Positions 9,845-17,163 of a DNA stretch of 64,000 bases are shown here, one piece after another. The first letter of the stretch is position 1. Each line of letters opens with the position of its first letter. Source of the DNA: Promethearchaeota archaeon (lineage in GTDB: Archaea > Asgardarchaeota > Lokiarchaeia > Sigyniarchaeales > SOKP01); NCBI GenBank assembly GCA_016840165.1, contig JAEOSU010000072.1, positions 270,566-334,565 on the forward strand, in the 5' to 3' direction. The notes below the pieces were generated by a model that ran no database searches, had not been told where the DNA came from, and worked only from the letters and a program-made list of their open reading frames with translations. A program made the translations under genes and the position numbers.

Positions 9845-11362
9845 ATGGAACAATTAACAAAAAGAATATTAGCAATCGTACTGATTGCGGTAATAGGAGT
9901 TGCTATAGGATTTACAGTTTGGATCTTTGTTGCCCCTTATGTTTGGAGCAATGTAGATGTGCCTGGGATGGAAAATGAAGCTGCTATCCCTGAAGATCGA
10001 ATAATCAAAATTGGAGTTGCGGGTGATACTAAAAGAATTCATGGTCGAGGCCAATATCAAGGAGCGTATTTAGCAGCATATGAAATCAATACTGGAACTG
10101 GAGCAATCGGATCGAAATATTTCCCTGGGGGAGGTATTACCATTGGCGGTCAAAAATATTATATTGGTATAACCTCGGAGGATACTGATGAAGCTAATCC
10201 ACAACTAGATACTGCTAAAGGTACCGTTGCGGCAGATAGGTTAGTATATTATAAAAACGTGCAATTTGCTTTGGGAGGATTTAGGACAGAATCTCTTTTA
10301 GCATACCGAGAAGTTTTTATGGAGAATGCTATTCCTTTTATCAATACAGGTTCTGCAACAGATAGTTTCTGCGAAGATGTAAAAGACAATTATGCAAGAT
10401 ATAAATATTTCTTCCAAGACAATCCAATTAAGGGCTCGGATTTAGCATCAGAACTTATTAGACTGCTTATGACATCTTCAGTAATATTTTCAGCCTTTCC
10501 ACCCTCTTTAGGAGGTGCTGGTCAACCTGTAATACGGTTTTCGATTGTACGAGAACAGCTAGAATGGACGGAAGGTTTCAAAGATGCAATCGTTGCTGTG
10601 TTAACAAATCTAACAGGTACTAACCCCTTAATAGAAATGGTATTTACAGGGTTAGACATTACGATTCCTCAAAACATTGGAGAAACTGAGATGCGAGCTC
10701 ATTGGTTAAACCTTGATGGTAACAATACTCAAATTGTAGTACCTATTATATCTGGTGAGGCAGGTAGTACATTTACTACTACTTATGGCGATATAAATCC
10801 AGGTATTATTCCCATAGGAATAAATGTTATGTCGCAAGCTGGGGACTATTGGACCACCACAGGTGGTAGATGTGAATACGGTGTAACCTTAGAATCAGTA
10901 TTAAGAACAAACAAAACTACGCTAACACAACCAGTATGGGATGCATATCTTGCGAGATGGTTAGAAAGTCCAATCTATACAGCAGTTGGAGCGATTGATG
11001 CTGTGCTCCATTATGCATGGGCGATTAATGCTTCACAATCCCTTAATCCGGACACAATCGTAGCACAGCTTGAAACATTAGACAAGGCTAATGCCATTGA
11101 ATGTACTGCTGGATGGATAGCGTATGATGATGGTTCTACTGGAGCTACTAGACATTGTACAACAGAAGGTTGGCCTTATGGTGCTGCTCTTGCAGTACAA
11201 TGGTATAATGGTTTTAAGAGATTAGTACCTGGTGCTTTGATTTATCCAAGTGATCCTTGGTCAAGTGCCATTCATCCCTTATATACCCCTCCCTATGGCT
11301 ACCTTGAAGGCATGAACTATACAGTACTTCCACCGGGATTAAATCCACCTACTCCTCCTTAA
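9845..11362 (+). CDS. Membrane-anchored ABC substrate-binding protein (LivK/type I periplasmic-binding fold)
   Basis: N-terminal TM; IKIGV, GAYLAAYEIN..GGI, GGFRTE; divergent from livHMGF. Confidence 0.8.
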   Translation: MEQLTKRILAIVLIAVIGVAIGFTVWIFVAPYVWSNVDVPGMENEAAIPEDRIIKIGVAGDTKRIHGRGQYQGAYLAAYEINTGTGAIGSKYFPGGGITIGGQKYYIGITSEDTDEANPQLDTAKGTVAADRLVYYKNVQFALGGFRTESLLAYREVFMENAIPFINTGSATDSFCEDVKDNYARYKYFFQDNPIKGSDLASELIRLLMTSSVIFSAFPPSLGGAGQPVIRFSIVREQLEWTEGFKDAIVAVLTNLTGTNPLIEMVFTGLDITIPQNIGETEMRAHWLNLDGNNTQIVVPIISGEAGSTFTTTYGDINPGIIPIGINVMSQAGDYWTTTGGRCEYGVTLESVLRTNKTTLTQPVWDAYLARWLESPIYTAVGAIDAVLHYAWAINASQSLNPDTIVAQLETLDKANAIECTAGWIAYDDGSTGATRHCTTEGWPYGAALAVQWYNGFKRLVPGALIYPSDPWSSAIHPLYTPPYGYLEGMNYTVLPPGLNPPTPP

Positions 11363-11426
11363 GAAATTAAATAAATTTTTTTTTTTCTATTTCTATTTAT
11401 TTTTAAAATTAGAGTATAAGATACAT

Positions 11427-12371
11427 TCAGTTTTTTGTTGAAAATCCATTTTTTAAGCTGAGAATTCGATTTGAGCTTTTATCAAATTGGATGTTTATTG
11501 AATAAAAAGAACCAGAAAAATAACTTTCAGAAAGAAGTAAATAAAGTGTAAATTCTTTCTCGCTTTCTTTAAATTGAGGAAGTATGTATTCCCATTTAAG
11601 GAAAAAAGTATATTTTTTACAAATACCTAAGGCTTGCTTGTAGATTATTTCTTTTTGTGAATTTTTTTCTATCGTTGTCTCATATAAAGTAGTGCTTTTC
11701 TCTTTGAATTGTATTTTTTTAGTTAATTTAAATGTTATTTTATCCTCATTAGATTGGTTTTGATAAACTAAATAGGTAAAAGGAAATATACCTGGTATAT
11801 AATGGGCATAATTGGGCAATCTTAATTGAACCCAGACTTTTGTAATAATTCTATAGGAGAAATAAAAGAGATAAAACCCAAGGATGAAATAAATTATAGG
11901 TGAGAAATATAAAGAAGGCCATAAGAAAAATACCACAAAATAGAAAAGAATTATTGAACCTGAAACCGTTGCTAAAGCGATATTGATGGCTCTATCGATA
12001 AAAAATCTCACTCTTTTTTTATAAAATGGATAAAAAAGGGGAATTTTAGAGGCAGATAAGAAATCTAATGTTAAATGCAAGCTATAAAATAGAAATCCAA
12101 CTACCCATACTAAGAGAAAGGGTTCTTGTAAAAGAAATGATGAAAATATTCCGATTAACCCTGAAAATAAGAAGGCAAAGAAGTAGGAATGAGAAACTCC
12201 TTTATGAGAGAGGAGAGGGGTGTCTTTTATTCTTTTTAATGGCTCTAAGATTATGTCAAAGTCAGCTATCACAGCCATAATAATGCCATACAATACAATA
12301 CTGAAATTAAATGAATTCAGTGTGAATAAGCTCAACAGAATCCCCATTAAAAAATGAGTAAAAAAGTCCAT
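11427..12371 (-). CDS. Membrane-bound metal-dependent hydrolase (YdjM/DUF457-like)
   Basis: MDFFTH start, ADFD, HKGVSHS, LHLTLDF motifs; ATG 12371 preferred over 12452. Confidence 0.75.
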   Translation of the reverse strand: MDFFTHFLMGILLSLFTLNSFNFSIVLYGIIMAVIADFDIILEPLKRIKDTPLLSHKGVSHSYFFAFLFSGLIGIFSSFLLQEPFLLVWVVGFLFYSLHLTLDFLSASKIPLFYPFYKKRVRFFIDRAINIALATVSGSIILFYFVVFFLWPSLYFSPIIYFILGFYLFYFSYRIITKVWVQLRLPNYAHYIPGIFPFTYLVYQNQSNEDKITFKLTKKIQFKEKSTTLYETTIEKNSQKEIIYKQALGICKKYTFFLKWEYILPQFKESEKEFTLYLLLSESYFSGSFYSINIQFDKSSNRILSLKNGFSTKN

Positions 12372-12480
12372 ATTCCTTAAATAAGAAATTTTAATGTATA
12401 TTTTAAGTTTAATATTTTTATTTATAATTTCTATAATAATGAGTTTAATCATAAATAAAAATTCTTAATTTACTAAACTT

Positions 12481-12534
12481 AAAGGAGGCATTCCTTTTGT
12501 TCCTCTTTCACAAACATTTCTTGAAAGAGTTCAT
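12481..12534 (-). promoter_or_regulatory. SECIS-like stem-loop (imperfect 3' core) followed by a short hairpin
   Basis: Minus strand ATGA-A-CTCTTTCA-AG-AAA-TGTTTG-TGAAAGAG-GAAC-A-AAAGGA-ATGCC-TCCTTT: perfect 8-bp stem, AAA 11 nt after ATGA. Confidence 0.35.
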
Positions 12535-12655
12535 TCCAAGCTTAGTTCTATTTCGTTTGAAAATAATGGGCAAAATATTCATTATCTTTACCGAATTTCT
12601 TTCTAATCACTATTTTAAAAGAACTTATTTCAAACCGATTTTTCACTTTTTCTCA

Positions 12656-13015
12656 TCAACATCCAACATCTGGTTGTAATTGAATATAACTGTCAGGATA
12701 GACATTAAATTCAATTTTATCCCGAATGGGATTGAATTTTTGCATCAATCCGTTCTCATCTGGAGCATAAGCATAGATTCCAACATCATCATAAATGCTA
12801 TTTGTTTTAAAATCGACAAGCAATTGCATGTAATTGTGAATATAGCCCTCATTTATAGGAAAAATTGTTTTTTGTGTATCCTTTGCTTCTATTTTATCAA
12901 CCATCGCAAGACATTCCAAGAACGTAGCATCTTCTTTTATTGTAAGATTGTATTTCTTTCCGTGTTGAAGCCCCTTAATCGGTAAACTAATCTCAAAAGT
13001 TATTTTTTTAATAAT
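12656..13015 (-). CDS. Ubiquitin-like/MoaD-type beta-grasp protein ending Gly-Cys followed by TGA TGA; probable ATT start
   Basis: Frame extends upstream of the track's TTG (12919): IIKKITFEISL..KYNLTIKEDATFLECLAMVD (beta-beta-alpha pattern); C-terminus VYPDSYIQLQPDVGC parallels MoaD L.DGD.V...PPV.GG; GGAGG upstream. Confidence 0.6.
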   Translation of the reverse strand: MIKKITFEISLPIKGLQHGKKYNLTIKEDATFLECLAMVDKIEAKDTQKTIFPINEGYIHNYMQLLVDFKTNSIYDDVGIYAYAPDENGLMQKFNPIRDKIEFNVYPDSYIQLQPDVGC

Positions 13016-13048
13016 ATTCCCTCCATTGTTTAAATTAAATATTTATGC

Positions 13049-13324
13049 TTAAATTAACCCTTTTTGTTTCAATATATTTGGTAATTCTTTTTTTAATAAA
13101 TATGAAGCTGTAAAGATCCTATTATTATCCACTACCGCACATTTACTATGAAGATTTAGATTACGTGCCTCTTCAGAATTCAAGTTTTTAGTATCGTAAT
13201 CTATATATTTTATATAAGGAGTAAGTGCTTCAAAAATTCTATTTACAAATTTGTCCCATTCGCAAGCACACGCATCTAATGGAACATATATATTTACTGT
13301 TAATTTTTCATTCGATTTTTCCAT
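13049..13324 (-). CDS. Small thioredoxin-fold-like protein with CAC motif (possible metal/metalloid chaperone)
   Basis: VNIYVPLDACACEW strand-Cys-helix pattern; co-oriented with hgcB-like gene. Confidence 0.5.
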   Translation of the reverse strand: MEKSNEKLTVNIYVPLDACACEWDKFVNRIFEALTPYIKYIDYDTKNLNSEEARNLNLHSKCAVVDNNRIFTASYLLKKELPNILKQKGLI

Positions 13325-13357
13325 TACTTATTATAGCACCTTTTTATTATTAACATT

Positions 13358-13681
13358 TTATGGGCAGTTACAGCTTTTTTGTACGCTTTTAGCAACACTT
13401 CTAGCATTCCACAAACATCCACAACCTTTCTGCTCATTTAAAATAATGGCGTTGACAGGGCAGTTTCGCTGACAAGCACTACATTCTGTGCATAATTCTG
13501 GATGGGTTATCTCGAACTTCCCATTCTCCTTTTCGTGGGGTAATCCAAATGGACAGAGTTCGGCACAAAGCCCACAACCAGTACATTCTGGCTCTTTTAT
13601 CATTATTTTTATACCTAAAACACGTAAAATGTTATCTAAAGAATTTGTATTACAACAAGCGTTCTGATTTATATCTACCAT
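13358..13681 (-). CDS. 2[4Fe-4S] ferredoxin, HgcB-like
   Basis: CTGCGLCAELCP and CTECSACQRNCP motifs, extra GCGC and terminal CNCP; directly downstream of hgcA-like gene. Confidence 0.75.
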   Translation of the reverse strand: MVDINQNACCNTNSLDNILRVLGIKIMIKEPECTGCGLCAELCPFGLPHEKENGKFEITHPELCTECSACQRNCPVNAIILNEQKGCGCLWNARSVAKSVQKSCNCP

Positions 13682-13701
13682 ATTATCTATTCCTCCTTTT
13701 A

Positions 13702-15360
13702 TTATATTATGTTAAAAAAATTAATTATATTTAATCCTAAGAACAAAAAAACAATGATTATTAATATTATATTGATTCTTCTGAAAATTGGATACTCTAA
13801 CTGTATTTCTCTTGGACTAGTCGCCATCGTGTATCCACTGAAAGACATCGTTGAGAAGAAACTTAGCCAAAAAATAATTACACTCTGTAAAAAAACATAG
13901 AGCACTGAGTAATGAATAAACCATGTAAATAGGCTTAGAATAAAGAGAGTAATACCTCCAAAAAATATTGCTTTTAGAACAAATTTTCTTGTAAATTTTG
14001 AAAGTGGGAAGAAAATGGATATTATAGCGTTTGATAAAATTACCCAGATTGCCAACTCCCCAACCCAAAATAGATATTTTGCTTTACTTAAAGCTAGAAG
14101 TAGGATTAATAGTCCTAAAAGAGGTAACCAAAATATTTTGCGAAATAAAAAAGTAATATGTGTTATTCCCGCACGGATTCTTTGAGTAAAGGTAAATTTC
14201 GCAAGTTTCATAGAATCTGGTTTTTTAGTAGGTTTATTCTTGACATATTCCTTTATTTTATTCGACCATACTGGTCCATATTTTATTTTAAAAGGAAAAT
14301 TTTTAGGAAGCTGTGGGATTGATATTCCACCTGCAGATAATTGAGGGAGAATCAGAGTTTTTGTGTTTGTAATCTGTTTAATTCCAGTAGCATTGATTGC
14401 ATTTAAGAGTTGTATATTTCCAAAGTCTCCGCCTCTCGCAGCACACCATACATTTATGCCGTTAGAATCTATACATAAAACCCAAGCGTCAATATCTTTT
14501 AAATCTCGCATTACTTTTATATATGTATAGTCATAATTAGCAGTCACAATAATAGGAGAGTGCTCATCTGGATTTCCTGACCTATAAATACCCGGTTCGA
14601 TTGCAACTCTATCCACTTGCCCAGTAAATAAACATCGGTATATTCTAAACTGAGATTTTATTCCTTTAAAGTTTCGTAATTTCGGTCTATAGTATCCTGG
14701 TTCGTTTTCGGTGTTGACTGTAATTTTTTGTAATTCTATAGCTCTAATAGCCCCATGAGCCCATTCCTTTTTTGTAAGAATTTTGAATCCTATAGAACTT
14801 AAAAAACCTAAAAAGTAATTATTAGTATGAGTACCTCCCAATCTTAATTTCCGTAATTTTTTTTTATACCACCATCTTTTTAACCTAAATTGTATCTTCC
14901 AGAAACCTGAAGGGATAAACTCTGCCGCTATTATTAGCCTTCCATCAGGTTTCAAAGCTCTCCAAACATTTCTCAAAAAAATTTGTTGTTCTAAAGGTTT
15001 AAGCTCAGAAAGCATAAATGTACTCAATATAAGATCTTGTGAGCTATTGTCAACTTCTAAGTCCTTATAAGAACCGACTTGGTATAAAAGCTCTACTTCT
15101 TTTTCAGTTGGATAATTATCCATAGCATATTTAATCATATTCAAGTTATTATCTATTGCTTTAACAATATTCTCTTTTAAAGCAGCATTTTTTGCTAAAG
15201 TACCAGTGCCACATCCAATATCTAAGATAGTACTGTTTTTTTTAATCTTTTCCAATATCCACTCTTGAACTTTATTATTTACGCCCTTAGTTAAAGATGT
15301 GAATTCTGAATCATATGATTTCGGAACTTCCTCTAATTTTTTCATATATACTACTGCCAT
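13702..15360 (-). CDS. Class I SAM-methyltransferase fused to HgcA-like corrinoid-binding domain and TM domain
   Basis: LDIGCGTG motif I; EPGIY, IIVTANYDYT, GINVWCAARGG cap helix, LILPQLSAGG, YGPV; ~5 C-terminal TM helices. Confidence 0.8.
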   Translation of the reverse strand: MAVVYMKKLEEVPKSYDSEFTSLTKGVNNKVQEWILEKIKKNSTILDIGCGTGTLAKNAALKENIVKAIDNNLNMIKYAMDNYPTEKEVELLYQVGSYKDLEVDNSSQDLILSTFMLSELKPLEQQIFLRNVWRALKPDGRLIIAAEFIPSGFWKIQFRLKRWWYKKKLRKLRLGGTHTNNYFLGFLSSIGFKILTKKEWAHGAIRAIELQKITVNTENEPGYYRPKLRNFKGIKSQFRIYRCLFTGQVDRVAIEPGIYRSGNPDEHSPIIVTANYDYTYIKVMRDLKDIDAWVLCIDSNGINVWCAARGGDFGNIQLLNAINATGIKQITNTKTLILPQLSAGGISIPQLPKNFPFKIKYGPVWSNKIKEYVKNKPTKKPDSMKLAKFTFTQRIRAGITHITFLFRKIFWLPLLGLLILLLALSKAKYLFWVGELAIWVILSNAIISIFFPLSKFTRKFVLKAIFFGGITLFILSLFTWFIHYSVLYVFLQSVIIFWLSFFSTMSFSGYTMATSPREIQLEYPIFRRINIILIIIVFLFLGLNIINFFNII

Positions 15361-15371
15361 TCAACACCAAC

Positions 15372-16466
15372 TTATTTGGATTTCCAAAACCCAATTTTTC
15401 CCAAATATCTCCCTAAATAGACAATTGAGAGCATAATAGGCACTTCCCAGAACAACCCCATGGTAGTACCTAATGCGGCATAAGAACCAATCCCATACAT
15501 CGCTATTGCTGTTGCGATCGCGATCTCAAAATGACTAGACGAACCAATGATGACTGTAATTACTGCCTCTTTATATTTCAATTTAAGCAATTTTGTGACT
15601 ATAACATTATAACTAACAACAATTACAAATCCCACCAATAGGGGAATAGATACTATTAATAAAAGATCAGGATTAGTAATTAGTACATTACCATTTAGCG
15701 AAAATAGTACAACAAGAGTTATCAATAAAGCTATAATCGATACTTTTCCGACGAATGGACGATATTTTTCATCGAACCAAACTTTACCTTTAGAAGATAT
15801 TATTAATTTCTTGCTTAAGATCCCCAGAAGCAAAGGTAAACCAATAAAAAATATTAAAGAAACAAGTAATAGTAAAATATCTATAGGAATATTTTTAATT
15901 CCTGATAATAATGAGACCATTCCAACATAGCCAAAAATTATTGTAATTGTATTAAGACTTGTATTAAGGACATTTTGTTCCTGATTTCCTTTAGCCATCC
16001 AACCCCAAACCAAAACCATAGCAGTACAGGGTGAACTAGATAATAAAATAATTGCAAATCCCAATTGTCTCACTATTTCTGAATCTCCCGGTAAAAATAT
16101 GTTTACCATCAACAAACCAACGAAGGGTGCCACTAACCAGTTAGAGATTAAAGTTAAAATTATAGGTTTGGGATTCTTTCCAAGTTTTTTTAATTCCGAT
16201 GCTTGAAGATTTAACATCGCAGGATACATCATTAAAAATAAACAAATACCAATTGGTATAGAAATGTTTCCAATAGTGAAAGAATTGATTAAAATACTAA
16301 TTTCTGGAAGAAATTGGGAAATTAAAATCCCTAAGATTATGCAAATTCCTACCCAGATTGGTAATAATCTTTCAAAATAGTTGATTTTTCTCGATTTTTG
16401 TTTATCTGGTTCATCAAAACTCTCTAATAATTCCTGTTCAAACTCTTCTTCAGCCATAATTCTCAA
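15372..16466 (-). CDS. acr3: Arsenite efflux transporter, Acr3 family
   Basis: LFLMMYP, SNWLVAP, PCTAMVLVW, SSHFEIAIATA, EVPIML. Confidence 0.92.
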   Translation of the reverse strand: MRIMAEEEFEQELLESFDEPDKQKSRKINYFERLLPIWVGICIILGILISQFLPEISILINSFTIGNISIPIGICLFLMMYPAMLNLQASELKKLGKNPKPIILTLISNWLVAPFVGLLMVNIFLPGDSEIVRQLGFAIILLSSSPCTAMVLVWGWMAKGNQEQNVLNTSLNTITIIFGYVGMVSLLSGIKNIPIDILLLLVSLIFFIGLPLLLGILSKKLIISSKGKVWFDEKYRPFVGKVSIIALLITLVVLFSLNGNVLITNPDLLLIVSIPLLVGFVIVVSYNVIVTKLLKLKYKEAVITVIIGSSSHFEIAIATAIAMYGIGSYAALGTTMGLFWEVPIMLSIVYLGRYLGKIGFWKSK

Positions 16467-16563
16467 ATTATATTTAATGTGTTTTTATTCATATTATTAA
16501 ATGAAATTGTAATTTCATCTAATTAGAGTCTGAGATATAGTTATTTTGGCTCAAATAAAAACA

Positions 16564-16581
16564 TTTCGATTTGAATCGAAA
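16564..16581. promoter_or_regulatory. Candidate ArsR operator (8-2-8 palindrome)
   Basis: TTTCGATT-TG-AATCGAAA perfect inverted repeat between divergent acr3 and arsR. Confidence 0.45.
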
Positions 16582-16701
16582 CAAATTTATCTGAATAAAT
16601 TTTTTATACTTTAATAGCTTCTAGATACATAAGAATTTACCAATCCTTAAATAAAATGGTGGTTTATTATTAAAACCAATAGAAAAGCGGAAGTTAAAGA
16701 A

Positions 16702-17061
16702 ATGTTATGCTCATGTGATGTATGTGGAGATAGTGAGACTCTTTTCATTAATTTGCAACAATTAGGAAAAAATCTTAGGTATGATGAGCAAATTAATAAA
16801 GCTATTAATTTTTTAAATGTTTTAGGAAATATTGAAAGACTAATAATTATTAATGTTTTGAAGGAAAAGGATAGATGTGTCTGTGAATTAGAAGCTATTT
16901 TAGATAAATCTCAACCATCAATCTCTCACCATTTAAGGGAATTGGAAAAGCTTAATTTAATCCAAGGATTAAAAAAAGGAAAATTTACCTATTATTCCCT
17001 CAATAAGGATGCTTTAATATCTAGTTTAACCTATATTATAAACCAATTAAATGTTAAATAA
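16702..17061 (+). CDS. arsR: ArsR/SmtB family transcriptional repressor
   Basis: RCVCELE metalloid-binding motif, SQPSISHHLREL HTH; N-terminal CSCDVC. Confidence 0.88.
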   Translation: MLCSCDVCGDSETLFINLQQLGKNLRYDEQINKAINFLNVLGNIERLIIINVLKEKDRCVCELEAILDKSQPSISHHLRELEKLNLIQGLKKGKFTYYSLNKDALISSLTYIINQLNVK

Positions 17062-17163
17062 TTCTATGCATCTTGTCCAAATTTTAAACCTAATAAACTC
17101 AAAGAATATGTTGATTTCTATTTTTATGGAATTAATGGTAAAAGGTAAAAAAGAATGTATTTA

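Noticed and set aside
12497-12985. Plus-strand ORFs 12497-12679 and 12680-12985
   Set aside because: Antisense to the ubiquitin-like gene and its 3' region, with no recognisable protein features.
13358-15360. Selenocysteine within the HgcA-like or HgcB-like proteins
   Set aside because: Both frames are uninterrupted and end in TAA, and there is no room for an N-terminal extension of the HgcA-like gene (11 nt from acr3).
13702-15360. Ordinary CdhD/CdhE corrinoid Fe-S protein subunit
   Set aside because: The cap helix contains WCAA, a TM domain follows and a ferredoxin gene is adjacent, which fits HgcA rather than acetyl-CoA synthase subunits.
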